In this document: one piece after another, positions 9,639 to 19,757 of the stretch
Position numbering within the stretch: the stretch's first letter is position 1
Layout: each line of letters begins with the position of its first letter
Virus record (IMG/VR): IMGVR_UViG_3300023179_000069
Location: 18,472-82,471 of that record
Length of the DNA: 64,000 nucleotides
Source: a virus
Strand: one strand, 5' to 3'
Notes under the pieces: model-generated
Seen by the model: the letters and a program-made list of their open reading frames with translations, nothing else
Told to the model about the DNA's origin: nothing
The model's database searches: none
Program-made: the position numbers and the translations under genes

Positions 9639-12145
9639 TGGCACAATTACAATTGACCGGATTAAAACCAAATGTTACTTATAATGTATCCGTCAGAGCA
9701 ATAGGAGAAGATGGAGAATCTGAATTATCTGAAGTTTTAACATTTACAACACCTTCTTCAATTATTGATACTATAAATAAAAATACTACAATTAAATTAG
9801 AAGGTGGATCTATATATGCGGGAGCAAAAACAGGTCCCGGAGTATTATTTAATCAAAATGGTCTTATAGGTCTTTTCTCTCCAACTGCTTGTTCATTTTA
9901 TCTTAGTTCACAAACAGGTGATGCATATTTTGCCGGAAGTATAACGGCAGCAGCAGGAACAATAGGTGGATTTAGAATTGGACCTACAAGTCTATCTGCC
10001 ACAAACATTGTTTTATCTTCAACTGGTGGATTTGCCTTAGGCTCAGCTTCACAATTTTCTGTCAGCTTAAACGGAAATATGGTTGCACAAAATGCCTCAA
10101 TAACAGGATATATTAATGCCACAAGTGGTTCATTTAGCGGGGCGGTATCAGGAGCATCAGTAATTGGTGGCTTTATTTCAGGAGCATCCATATCTGGAGG
10201 ACAATTAAATATAAACGGAAATGCTTCCATTTCTGGCTATATTAATGCTACATCAGGATCATTCACAGGTGGAATATATGGAGCATCCATTTCCGGTGGT
10301 CAATTAAATATTAATGGAAATGCCTCAATAACAGGATACATTAATGCCACAAGTGGTTCATTTAGTGCTGGAATATATGCATCTGTAGGAACAATTGGTG
10401 GATTTAACATTTCATCTTCATCTTTATCGGCGGGAACAGGAACAAATACAGTAGGTCTACTTCCCGGTTCTTATCCATTTTTTGCAGGAAATGCTACACC
10501 AGCATTAGCTACATTTAGAGTAAATAATTTAGGTGCAGCATCAGCATTAAGTTTATATGCATCCAGCGGTTTTATTGCAGGAGATTTTCAAATAACTGGA
10601 AGAGTTTATGGTGGTGCAATAAGGGGCGCGGGAACTCCGGGAGTAGAAATATCCTCATCTGGAATATATGGATATTATGGAAATCTAACTAGATTTTATT
10701 TGCCAACAGACCCACTGGAAACCCCAGTTATGGCATCATTTACTTTGCTTGAAAGTAGGTATACCGGAAGCGGTGCAAATGCTGTAATTATTGCAGGAGA
10801 CATTATAAATAATAATGTAACTATAAAGGGAGATAAAACTGCTGGAAGTCCAGCAATGATATATAATACTAAATCCGGAGTGCAGACAACCTTTACCGCT
10901 GGAGAAGGATTTTATTTAGACGATACAGGAAAATTTAAATTTGGTGACGCAAACAATTACATCTCTGGTTCATCCGGCAACTTATTTGTAACAGGAACAA
11001 TTGTTGCAAAATCTGGTTCATTTAATGGAGCAATATATGCACAATCAGGCTCATTTACAGGAAATATTAATTCAACTGCATCAATATATGGTGCAGCATT
11101 ATATGGTGGTATTTTTCAAACTTTAAATACATCCGGCAGTTATATTAAAATTGACGGTACTAATAATGCTATTTCATTTTTTAATGGAAATACCACATTT
11201 GGACATATAACTCCATATGTTTCCGGAAGCGGAATTTCATTAACCTATGGGGGTTCTCCCGATCCGGGTGACACTGTATTCCCTGCAATAAGACTTGGAA
11301 AAGTTTATTCAGCCATGTATGGACAAAATGCGGGAAACAAAATAGCAGTTGGAGCCGGAGTCACAATTGATGCGGGATCAAATGATATTAATATTAATAA
11401 TGTATCCGGTTCCGATGGTAAAATTTATATTGGATCAGGAACCTCATCTGGACAACATTTATATTTTAGCGGAGGAATTTTTTATACAAATCAAGTTTCT
11501 CCTTATAAAAATCTTATGCAATTACAAAATAATGGAACAAATATTGTTGTGTTTACTTCAGTTAACGATGCCACATTATCAACAACCGGGAAAATGTATG
11601 CCGCAACCGGAACAAATCTATGGATAGATACCAGTGACAATAATGGATCAGTAAGGCTGGGACATGGATCAGCATCAACTAATAATAATTCCATCTTGTC
11701 TCCCGCAATTTTTTGGAGTATAGGTAGTGGAGGTGCAAATACAGTAAGCGTAGCAACTTCAGCATCTGATTATATAATGTATAGAAATGTTTCACGACAG
11801 GCATATAAAACTGAAATATCTCCAATTTCTCTATATTCTAATTTATCGAATAGCATTAGTAAAGAAAAAATTATTGCCCCCCTTATAGATTCAAATAAAG
11901 TTCTTGATATTACTCCTGTATTTTTTAAATCTATTTTGCCAATTGATGAAAATAAAAAATTCTTAGGATTTATTGCTGAAGATATATATGATAAATTCCC
12001 AGAACTTTCGATTCTTGATGAAAATGGAATTCCAGATTATTATAATATTAATGGTATAGTGGCAGCAATGCTTGCTGTTCTTCAAGGTCAAAAAGTAAAA
12101 ATTGATGAATTAGAAACAAGAATTGCAGCATTAGAAAATAAATAG
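9638..12145 (+). CDS. Tail fibre with N-terminal FN3 and C-terminal S74-like intramolecular chaperone
   Basis: LTGLKPNVTYNVSVRA (FN3), Gly/Ser repeats, SRQAYK..GFIAED..coiled-coil end. Confidence 0.8.
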   Translation: MAQLQLTGLKPNVTYNVSVRAIGEDGESELSEVLTFTTPSSIIDTINKNTTIKLEGGSIYAGAKTGPGVLFNQNGLIGLFSPTACSFYLSSQTGDAYFAGSITAAAGTIGGFRIGPTSLSATNIVLSSTGGFALGSASQFSVSLNGNMVAQNASITGYINATSGSFSGAVSGASVIGGFISGASISGGQLNINGNASISGYINATSGSFTGGIYGASISGGQLNINGNASITGYINATSGSFSAGIYASVGTIGGFNISSSSLSAGTGTNTVGLLPGSYPFFAGNATPALATFRVNNLGAASALSLYASSGFIAGDFQITGRVYGGAIRGAGTPGVEISSSGIYGYYGNLTRFYLPTDPLETPVMASFTLLESRYTGSGANAVIIAGDIINNNVTIKGDKTAGSPAMIYNTKSGVQTTFTAGEGFYLDDTGKFKFGDANNYISGSSGNLFVTGTIVAKSGSFNGAIYAQSGSFTGNINSTASIYGAALYGGIFQTLNTSGSYIKIDGTNNAISFFNGNTTFGHITPYVSGSGISLTYGGSPDPGDTVFPAIRLGKVYSAMYGQNAGNKIAVGAGVTIDAGSNDININNVSGSDGKIYIGSGTSSGQHLYFSGGIFYTNQVSPYKNLMQLQNNGTNIVVFTSVNDATLSTTGKMYAATGTNLWIDTSDNNGSVRLGHGSASTNNNSILSPAIFWSIGSGGANTVSVATSASDYIMYRNVSRQAYKTEISPISLYSNLSNSISKEKIIAPLIDSNKVLDITPVFFKSILPIDENKKFLGFIAEDIYDKFPELSILDENGIPDYYNINGIVAAMLAVLQGQKVKIDELETRIAALENK
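10091..10370 (+). repeat. Three NAS(I)xGYINATSGSF coding repeats in tail fibre
   Basis: Copies start at 10091, 10220 and 10319; first and third nearly identical in DNA. Confidence 0.9.
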
Positions 12146-12179
12146 TATAATAATAATCTAACTAAAGAAAGGTTAAAAA

Positions 12180-12416
12180 ATGACAGAAACATCATTTACC
12201 CCCCCGGCTCAGCAGCAGCCAAATATGCTTGAACTTATGATTCAGGAGCTTCAAAACCGTATTGGTCAAATAACAAGTCAGTACGAAACACAGCTTGCTG
12301 CACTTAAGGCGCAGGCAATGCAGGAAATTCAGCAGCGCGATTCACAAATTCAGGAACTTCGTATTGCTGTAATTAATGCTAGAAAGACTGACAGTGACAA
12401 GAAGGAAGAGAACTGA
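12180..12416 (+). CDS. Coiled-coil hypothetical protein
   Basis: RBS GAAAGG; Gln-rich heptads. Confidence 0.7.
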   Translation: MTETSFTPPAQQQPNMLELMIQELQNRIGQITSQYETQLAALKAQAMQEIQQRDSQIQELRIAVINARKTDSDKKEEN

Positions 12417-12783
12417 GATAGCACCTTTTGTTCCCAGTGGTCTTATAGCTAAGACAGAAAAGGGTTACTTTTATGTTAAGGGAAACAAAAGGTATAAAAT
12501 TGTTTCCTCAAGAGCAGTAAATTCGTGGGAACTAAAAGTTGTCAACACTTCAGAGTCATGCATGAAAAATATACAAATATCTGGAATATTAGGCTTTAGA
12601 GATGGAACATTGATTAGAGATGTTTCAAATCAAAGACTTTATTTGATTTCTGATAATAAAAAAAGAAATATATCTGATCCCGACTTTTTTAAAATATTTA
12701 ATTATAAAAAAGATGATATTATTCTTGTAAGTTCAAAAGAAGCGGGATGCCATAAAGAAGGAGAACCAATAAATGTCTACTAA
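12376..12783 (+). CDS. Hypothetical protein
   Basis: 135-aa ORF overlapping neighbours in operon fashion. Confidence 0.6.
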   Translation: MLERLTVTRRKRTEIAPFVPSGLIAKTEKGYFYVKGNKRYKIVSSRAVNSWELKVVNTSESCMKNIQISGILGFRDGTLIRDVSNQRLYLISDNKKRNISDPDFFKIFNYKKDDIILVSSKEAGCHKEGEPINVY

Positions 12784-13216
12784 TGTGACAATTACTTATA
12801 ATGATATTTCAACTATGAAATCAGATATATCAGTTTTACAAGGCAAGTTAGATAGGGCTGCCGCTATTTTCCAAAAGAGGACAGGATCAAGCTCAACAAA
12901 AACACTAAATGATTTAAATTTCATTCTTTTCCAAACAGATCTTGTGATGAAAAAGGGTGCCACATCTGTAGACATTGTAATTCCTAACGCCGCATTTGCA
13001 AATAATTTAAACAACTCTAAATTTATTGCTATTTGTTCAACAAGGCAAGAACAAGGAGATACGGGAATTTATTCTTCATATCTATATCAATCCATTAATG
13101 ACGGTAAAATTTTTTCTACAAGTGGTTCAAAAATTGGAAAAGTTTTAAGAAGTGTAAAAGCAGATGACAAATATTCATTAACCGTTGATATTCTTTTTAT
13201 ATCTCTAAACCCATAA
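12773..13216 (+). CDS. Hypothetical, possibly tail-associated
   Basis: RBS AAGGAG; 147 aa. Confidence 0.55.
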   Translation: MSTNVTITYNDISTMKSDISVLQGKLDRAAAIFQKRTGSSSTKTLNDLNFILFQTDLVMKKGATSVDIVIPNAAFANNLNNSKFIAICSTRQEQGDTGIYSSYLYQSINDGKIFSTSGSKIGKVLRSVKADDKYSLTVDILFISLNP

Positions 13217-13224
13217 GGAAAATA

Positions 13225-13980
13225 ATGACAAATGATATTAAATGGATGATGGTGTCCGATGTTCACTTTCCGCGCCATGACCCCAGAAAAGTAGAACTAT
13301 TTTTAAAGGTAATGAAAGCATGGAAGCCTGATGCTGTTGATTTGCTAGGTGATATTGATGATGCAGATTCAACAAGTAGATGGGCTTCTGAGTATCCCGC
13401 CGAATTTTCTGTTCCAGTAGGTGATGGCGGAGTTGAGGGAACTAAACAATTTCTAAAAGAAATTAATAAAATTGTTCCCAAAGCAGACAAGCATTTTCAT
13501 GATGGAAATCATGGATGGACACGACATGGAGATTATTTAGCAAAGAAGGCCCCGGCATTTCTTGATGTTATTACTCCAGAAACACTATATGATTATAAAA
13601 ATGCTGGCTTTGAATGGCATTATTATGATCAAGCACCAGTACATCGTTTTGGAGATATGTATGCACATCATGGAGAATCTATCTCTAAACATGCAGGAGA
13701 ATCTGTAAGAAATGATGTAAACAACTGGGGTGTATCGTTAGTAAGAGGACATTCTCATAGAATGGGTTCTTATTTTCAAACATACAACATCACTGGGCAG
13801 GAATTGCGTGGATTTGAAATTGGTCATCTTTGTGATGAAACTAAAATGGACTACACAATTCAAAAAAATTGGCAGCCGGGATTTGCAATAGCAAATGTTG
13901 TTAATGGATATCCACATATCCAACTAATTCAAATTCACGATTATACTTGTGTCGTGGATGGAAAAGTATTTAAAGCATAA
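13225..13980 (+). CDS. Calcineurin-like metallophosphoesterase
   Basis: DVH, GDIDD, GNH, HG and GHSH motifs. Confidence 0.9.
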   Translation: MTNDIKWMMVSDVHFPRHDPRKVELFLKVMKAWKPDAVDLLGDIDDADSTSRWASEYPAEFSVPVGDGGVEGTKQFLKEINKIVPKADKHFHDGNHGWTRHGDYLAKKAPAFLDVITPETLYDYKNAGFEWHYYDQAPVHRFGDMYAHHGESISKHAGESVRNDVNNWGVSLVRGHSHRMGSYFQTYNITGQELRGFEIGHLCDETKMDYTIQKNWQPGFAIANVVNGYPHIQLIQIHDYTCVVDGKVFKA

Positions 13981-13989
13981 GGAGAAAAT

Positions 13990-14307
13990 ATGTCTTTAAC
14001 AAGCACACAAACACAATCGTTGACCTTTCTGGTACTAGGTATTTTTGTATCTATTACAACATCTTTTGTTAAAAATATAGATTGGTCAAGAAAAACAAAA
14101 CACTCTATTTCTATAATTCTTAGTTCACTAGGAGCCATTGTAAGCTCTTACTTTCAAAAAAATGGTATTACAGACCTAGAAGATATTGCTAAGCACTTTA
14201 CATATTTATATGCTGTGTCACAAATATTCTATGCTTATGGTATAAAAAATACGCAATTTAATTCATGGTTGACAAAATTTAATTTATTTGCGACAAGAAG
14301 TGTGTAA
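13990..14307 (+). CDS. Holin-like membrane protein
   Basis: Two or three hydrophobic helices; RBS AAGGAG. Confidence 0.5.
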   Translation: MSLTSTQTQSLTFLVLGIFVSITTSFVKNIDWSRKTKHSISIILSSLGAIVSSYFQKNGITDLEDIAKHFTYLYAVSQIFYAYGIKNTQFNSWLTKFNLFATRSV

Positions 14308-14313
14308 TTTTAA

Positions 14314-14499
14314 ATGACCTGCAAAAAATGTAGTGGCAGGATATTTGTAGATAGAATGTTTGAGCAAAATTTAAGAATAGAGTTATTTTGCATAATGTGT
14401 GGCAAAAGATGGTTTATAAAAAAGGATAGTTCAGGATTTGCACAATGGTTAGCAAAAAAAGAAAAAGCCCTGAAGAAAGATTTGTGTATTTCTACCTGA
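14314..14499 (+). CDS. Zinc-ribbon protein
   Basis: CKKC..CIMC. Confidence 0.7.
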   Translation: MTCKKCSGRIFVDRMFEQNLRIELFCIMCGKRWFIKKDSSGFAQWLAKKEKALKKDLCIST

Positions 14500-14960
14500 A
14501 TGGTAATTTGCATAAAACTTTAAAAAGGAAAAGATCTGAAGACTTATTAATAGCTTGGGATTATCCAAATGAAAAGCGTGTTGCCTATGTGTTATCACAT
14601 GTTCAAAAAAGCAGACAACGCGCTTATTCTGTACCCCAAGTTGCAAAATTTATGAGCAGAGACCCTGAAACAATAAAAAGACATATGAATAATGGAGAAA
14701 TTAAAAAGCCACAATATTCTTATTCTCTTGAGAATCGCACTAGACCAATAAAATATTTTTTTAGTGAGGATGAAGTAAGAGAAATTCATGAATTTTTTAA
14801 AACTATTCATCGGGGAAGACCAAGAATAGATGGAGAAGTAACAACATCAAAAATTCCTAGTAGTGCAGAACTAGAAGCTATGATGAGAAATGAAAAAATT
14901 CTATATGTAAAAAATGATAGCGGTGACTTTGTTCCCGTGTGGAAACAGCCAGAATGGTAG
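14445..14960 (+). CDS. Putative HTH DNA-binding protein
   Basis: YSVPQVAKFMSRDPETIKR HTH-like segment; GRPR motif. Confidence 0.6.
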   Translation: MVSKKRKSPEERFVYFYLNGNLHKTLKRKRSEDLLIAWDYPNEKRVAYVLSHVQKSRQRAYSVPQVAKFMSRDPETIKRHMNNGEIKKPQYSYSLENRTRPIKYFFSEDEVREIHEFFKTIHRGRPRIDGEVTTSKIPSSAELEAMMRNEKILYVKNDSGDFVPVWKQPEW

Positions 14961-14965
14961 GATTT

Positions 14966-15178
14966 ATGCCAAAAGAAAACCCAAATAAAGATTTATTATT
15001 TGATTTATCACTACAAATGTTGCAAGATATTTATGATATTGCTAAAATGAAACAGGACACAGAAACTATGACTTCTGTATCTGATAGAATTTGTTTGTTA
15101 TATGAAAAGCAAGTTGATATTGAAATGGATAAAAAAAGTCCGTTAGGCTTTAAATTGAAAGAAGATGATGATGAGTGA
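14966..15178 (+). CDS. Hypothetical protein
   Basis: In-frame ATG just after upstream stop. Confidence 0.55.
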   Translation: MPKENPNKDLLFDLSLQMLQDIYDIAKMKQDTETMTSVSDRICLLYEKQVDIEMDKKSPLGFKLKEDDDE

Positions 15179-15395
15179 ATTAAAAACTAAAGAAGTTAAG
15201 CCAACAATTGTCAAAGTTGATTTGCAATATGTCCGCAATCTTGGCAATTTTGAAAGCATTCGCGTCGCTATTGGTATTGAAGACAATGTGCGAGCAGATG
15301 AAACTGTAAATCAAGCTACTGAAAGAATTTATAAGTTTGTTGAAGATAAACTTATTGAAAAAATGGGCGAGATTGAAAAGGAACTCAAAGGGTGA
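15165..15395 (+). CDS. Hypothetical protein
   Basis: RNLGNFES motif; operonic overlap. Confidence 0.65.
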   Translation: MMMSELKTKEVKPTIVKVDLQYVRNLGNFESIRVAIGIEDNVRADETVNQATERIYKFVEDKLIEKMGEIEKELKG

Positions 15396-15502
15396 CTTGC
15401 GATCATTTATGGAAAGTGCTAGAATGGCATGTGAATAAGGAAACTTTTGAATTTCAACCAAGTTATATTTGTAAAAAGTGTGATGCTATTAGAGAGAAGT
15501 GA
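15392..15502 (+). CDS. 36-aa Cys/His microprotein
   Basis: GTGA overlaps at both ends; CDH..CKKC. Confidence 0.5.
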   Translation: MTCDHLWKVLEWHVNKETFEFQPSYICKKCDAIREK

Positions 15503-15831
15503 TTATGACAAAGGATGATGCAAGCAAGGCTTACCAGTTGGTAAGCCTTTATCTATCTTTATATAAAGAAAAATATAATAAATCCATTGTTATAAATAAG
15601 CATAAAGAAAAATGGGGAATGGCAGAAGTTGTAGATAGTGTTGGATTTGATAGAGCCAAAGAACTTTTGATATACTATTTTAATACCAGCCGGTCTTCTC
15701 ATCCTTTACAATGGTTTTTGTATAATTTTGAAAGACTGGATGCCGTATTAACTGCTAAATCAGAAGACAATGCTCGCAGAAAAATGTTACTAGAACAAAC
15801 TAAGAGAATGGTATTAGAGAATGAACAATGA
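15499..15831 (+). CDS. Hypothetical protein upstream of helicase
   Basis: 110 aa, coupled to dnaB. Confidence 0.6.
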   Translation: MIMTKDDASKAYQLVSLYLSLYKEKYNKSIVINKHKEKWGMAEVVDSVGFDRAKELLIYYFNTSRSSHPLQWFLYNFERLDAVLTAKSEDNARRKMLLEQTKRMVLENEQ

Positions 15832-17041
15832 AGCAGCACTGATTTCTTCAGTATGTAAAAATAAAGATATTTCTGTTGTTATGGCAGAAGATGTTGATTC
15901 TATTTTTACTTCCCATAAAGATATTTGGGATGGATTAAAATCTTATTATTACAAATTCAGATCCGTTCCAGATGTATCTATTCTTTTAGAAAAGTTCCCT
16001 GACTTTGAGCCGGTAGAAACTAAAGGCGAAACAGGCTACTACTTGGACCAAGTAAGAAATGAATATCTTACTGCAAAGATTAGAAATGTACTTTTAAGTG
16101 CAGGAACTAGCCTCAAGGGTCATTCTGCCGCTAAGGTTATTTCAGATATGCAAAAGGAATTGAATACTCTTAGTCGTATGACTAACAATGTTCGTGACCT
16201 TGACCTTACAGATTACGAATTGGCAGAAAAGCATTTTGAGGCTGTTCGTGAGCGTTCAGATATGATGGGCGGAAGTCCCGGAATCATGACAGGACTTAAA
16301 GCAATTGATTATGCATACCCAACAGGTATGGCTCCCGGTCATTTAATTGTTATGATTGGCTGGCCCGGAAGAGGAAAGACTTGGCTAAGTTCCTATCTAG
16401 CATGCAAGGCTTGGGAACAGGGTTTTAAGCCTATGATTATTTCTCTTGAAATGACTCCTGAGAATATGCGTGACCGTATTTATACCATGATGGGAAGCGG
16501 TCTATTTAGGGCATCAGATTTCTCTAAGGGCGCTGTAAATATTGATACATTCGGTTCATGGGCTAAGGAAAAATTTAAGGATAAGAATAGCTTTATTCTT
16601 ATTTCTAACGAGGGTACAAGCGATGTAACTCCACAGACAGTGCAGGCAAAGATTGATCAATATAAACCAGATTTAGTTATTCTTGATTATCACCAATTGT
16701 TTAATGATACTAAGAAATCAAACTCTGAGGTTGAGCGTAACCGCAATATTTCGCGGGAATTCAAACTGCTTGCAGTAAGAAACAACATTCCTGTAATTGA
16801 TATTACTGCTGCAACTGCTGATGATATTTCAGATCATGATGATCCACCCATGTTATCCCAAGTGGCATGGTCAAAAGCTATTGAATATGATGCAGACATG
16901 GCTATGGCTGTACATCGTAACCCAGATTCAAATATTATTGAGGTGGTGAGCAGAAAGAATCGTCATGGATCTGAATTCGCTTTTTATCTTGATTGGGATA
17001 TCAATCGCGGTATCATTAATGAAATTTATGATAACTCTTAG
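15821..17041 (+). CDS. dnaB: DnaB-like replicative helicase
   Basis: GWPGRGKT, ISLEM, VILDY, IEYDAD, KNRHG. Confidence 0.95.
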   Translation: MNNEAALISSVCKNKDISVVMAEDVDSIFTSHKDIWDGLKSYYYKFRSVPDVSILLEKFPDFEPVETKGETGYYLDQVRNEYLTAKIRNVLLSAGTSLKGHSAAKVISDMQKELNTLSRMTNNVRDLDLTDYELAEKHFEAVRERSDMMGGSPGIMTGLKAIDYAYPTGMAPGHLIVMIGWPGRGKTWLSSYLACKAWEQGFKPMIISLEMTPENMRDRIYTMMGSGLFRASDFSKGAVNIDTFGSWAKEKFKDKNSFILISNEGTSDVTPQTVQAKIDQYKPDLVILDYHQLFNDTKKSNSEVERNRNISREFKLLAVRNNIPVIDITAATADDISDHDDPPMLSQVAWSKAIEYDADMAMAVHRNPDSNIIEVVSRKNRHGSEFAFYLDWDINRGIINEIYDNS

Positions 17042-17081
17042 TTCCGAAAAAGTTCGTAGTCTTGGTATAATTTTAACTAAG

Positions 17082-17357
17082 ATGAGAAAGAATATACATA
17101 ATTTCACAATATCGGGAACCATCAAAGATGATTCACAAATTATTAAAGCAAGAGAGCATTATGAAAGATTACTTGTTCAACAAATGCGTGATGGTGGTTA
17201 TGTTCCAATTCTTGACATGTCGCCGCAATTTAATATAAAATATATAGAACGAACAAGTGGTTTTTATTTTATACTTACTATGTTTGGAGTATTTGTTGGA
17301 AAGAAAAAGTCTCAACAAATAGAAGGTTTTTCAGGACAAGAGTTTGTACCTAGATAG
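17082..17357 (+). CDS. Hypothetical protein
   Basis: ATG downstream of GGTATAAT; shorter start than the ORF track. Confidence 0.6.
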   Translation: MRKNIHNFTISGTIKDDSQIIKAREHYERLLVQQMRDGGYVPILDMSPQFNIKYIERTSGFYFILTMFGVFVGKKKSQQIEGFSGQEFVPR

Positions 17358-17363
17358 GAAATA

Positions 17364-18323
17364 ATGAATAAGAAATATACTAAATCGGACATTCGATCAA
17401 TTTTGCATGCCTTAAAAATAGAAATTTTATCAGAAACATCTAAAGATTTTTTATGCCTGTGTCCATTTCACAATAATCGCAATACTCCTTCATTTGAAGT
17501 GAATTATTACAATGGGTTGTTTCTATGCTTTAATCCCGTTTGTGGAGAAAGAGGAACACTTAATGATTTAATTGCTAGGCTAACAGGCAAAAATGAATTT
17601 GAGGCGCTTAGATTTATTTATCAAACCATAGGTAATAAATCTCAAGATATTGATTTAGAATTACAGGATATTTTAAATGAAAAACAAGATTTTGTTAAAT
17701 TTCCCGCTGATAAAATTGTAGAATTATATGAAAATCTACGAATAAACAGCAAGGCAATTGAATATTTGAAATCAAGAGGGATTAACAATAATTCAATTCT
17801 TTCCTTTACTATTGGATATTCTGAGGCGCAGAACATGATTACAGTTCCATTAACATCCCCAGATGGTACATGGGTGGGAATCATTGGAAGGTCTATTGAC
17901 AGCAAAGAATTTAAGAATAGTCGCAACCTTCCTAGAAATAAAACATTGTTTAATTTAAGTAATGCCAAAAAATATGGAGGAAGGATTATAGTTTGTGAGT
18001 CGTCATTTGATGCTATTAGGATTCATCAGTCTGGGTTTCCAAATGTTGTTGCTACTCTTGGGGGTAATATATCTAATGAAAACATTCAAAATTTAAATAA
18101 ATATGCATCGTCAATTATTATTATGACAGATTCAGATGCAGCAGGAAGAAAGCTAGGCGAAGATATTGCTAAAAAACTTCCTAACAAAGAAATATTGTGG
18201 GCATCATATGAATATGGTATGATTTATCCTCATGAAGCAAAAGATGCTGGTGATATGACAGATGAAGAAATTCGTCAATGCATAATTAATGCGGTTCACC
18301 ACTACGAATATGCAATGGTATAA
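17364..18323 (+). CDS. dnaG: DNA primase (CHC2 zinc finger + TOPRIM)
   Basis: CPFH..TPSF..CF..C; ESSFD; DSDAAG; KDAGD. Confidence 0.93.
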   Translation: MNKKYTKSDIRSILHALKIEILSETSKDFLCLCPFHNNRNTPSFEVNYYNGLFLCFNPVCGERGTLNDLIARLTGKNEFEALRFIYQTIGNKSQDIDLELQDILNEKQDFVKFPADKIVELYENLRINSKAIEYLKSRGINNNSILSFTIGYSEAQNMITVPLTSPDGTWVGIIGRSIDSKEFKNSRNLPRNKTLFNLSNAKKYGGRIIVCESSFDAIRIHQSGFPNVVATLGGNISNENIQNLNKYASSIIIMTDSDAAGRKLGEDIAKKLPNKEILWASYEYGMIYPHEAKDAGDMTDEEIRQCIINAVHHYEYAMV

Positions 18324-18371
18324 TAGTATAAGAAGGGCATCCTATAGCCCACTACACTAAGGAGATATAAT

Positions 18372-19034
18372 ATGGGTATCGTAAAGGGTTTATCCCAAAT
18401 GAATAAGGCACTGGACAAGCCTACAGTCTCATCAGCAGACGGTCCAAAAGGGCGTTGGCTAAAGCTTAATGATGGTCAGAGCGTCAAGATTCGTTTCCTT
18501 CAGGAATTAGATCCCGATTCACAAAATTACAATCCAAAACTAGGTGTTGGATTTATTGCTATTGAACATACAAACCCCAAAGATTACCGCCGAAAGGCGC
18601 TTTGCAGCATTGATGATCAAGGTCGTTGCTATGGCTGCGAAATGCATCGTCGTGACATGAAGGCGGGATGGAAGGGTCGTTCCAGACTGTACATTAATAT
18701 TCTAGTTGATGATGGTACTGAAGAACCCTATGTCGCTATTTTTTCTCAAGGTGCAGGTCCTAAATCTGCTACACCTGAAGTAATTCAATACGCAGGAGAA
18801 ACAGGAAGCATTACAAATGTTGTATGGAGGCTAAAGCGCACAGGCGAGAAAACAGATACTAATTACAGTATTATTCCTTTACCAGCTTCCAACACAGAGC
18901 CAATTGATCCAAATCTAGAGCTATTTGATTTGGAAAAAATGGCAGTTCGTGATGTTCCATATGCTGATCAAGAGTCATTTTACAATGGTACAAATGATGA
19001 ACAGGAATCAACTTCTTCTGCCGTTGAGTGGTAA
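18372..19034 (+). CDS. Single-stranded DNA-binding protein, gp32-like
   Basis: KIRFL, Cys cluster, KRTG..TNY, acidic tail ending in W. Confidence 0.75.
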   Translation: MGIVKGLSQMNKALDKPTVSSADGPKGRWLKLNDGQSVKIRFLQELDPDSQNYNPKLGVGFIAIEHTNPKDYRRKALCSIDDQGRCYGCEMHRRDMKAGWKGRSRLYINILVDDGTEEPYVAIFSQGAGPKSATPEVIQYAGETGSITNVVWRLKRTGEKTDTNYSIIPLPASNTEPIDPNLELFDLEKMAVRDVPYADQESFYNGTNDEQESTSSAVEW

Positions 19035-19037
19035 TAG

Positions 19038-19085
19038 TTGACATAAATAGTGGTGTGGTGGTAGTATGAGTACTACCACCCACTA
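19038..19085 (+). promoter_or_regulatory. TTGACA-N18-TAGTAT promoter overlapped by a 10-bp hairpin
   Basis: -35 at 19038-43, -10 at 19062-67; stem 19057-66/19071-80. Confidence 0.6.
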
Positions 19086-19137
19086 CTGTTTTAGCAAAAA
19101 TATACAAATTGTTTTCATTTTATGATATAATATAATT

Positions 19138-19749
19138 ATGACAAAAAAATGTTTATTTGAAAAATGCGAAAATGCATTATATGCAAAAGGATTATGTTCT
19201 GCACATTATTCTCAAAAAAGAAGAAATACAGAATTAAGACCAATTGTTATTAAAACAAATCAATCTATTTATCCCTGCACTTTTGAGGGGTGTGTAAATA
19301 CAATACAGGCAAAAGGACTTTGCGGAGCGCATTGGAGACAAGCCCACCTTGGTAAAAAATTAACAAAATTAAAAAATCAAGAAAGCATTATGGAAAGAAT
19401 TATGAGTAATGTTTTAGTTTATAATGATACCCCCGATGGATGCTGGATATGGACTGGAAGACTTGGTGGAAAAAGGGGATACCCTCAAATTTCATTGGGT
19501 GGTAGACAAACAATGGTTCATAGAATAGTTTTTGAAGAAATAGTTTCTGAATTAGAACCGGGGCAAACAATAGATCATTTATGTAGAAATAGATTATGCG
19601 TAAATCCTGAACATTTAGAGGCAATTACACTAAGAGAAAATGTTAAAAGAATGCATGCCTACAAATCTTTAGAAAAAGAAAACAAAAAACTTATTGATTT
19701 TATTGAATCAATAGGATATGATTATCAAACTCTACAAAAGAAAGGATAG
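19138..19749 (+). CDS. HNH endonuclease with two N-terminal Cx4C-KGLC-H repeats
   Basis: CWIWTG..HR..IDHLCRNRLCVNPEHL..EN. Confidence 0.92.
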   Translation: MTKKCLFEKCENALYAKGLCSAHYSQKRRNTELRPIVIKTNQSIYPCTFEGCVNTIQAKGLCGAHWRQAHLGKKLTKLKNQESIMERIMSNVLVYNDTPDGCWIWTGRLGGKRGYPQISLGGRQTMVHRIVFEEIVSELEPGQTIDHLCRNRLCVNPEHLEAITLRENVKRMHAYKSLEKENKKLIDFIESIGYDYQTLQKKG

Positions 19750-19757
19750 GTGGTTTT

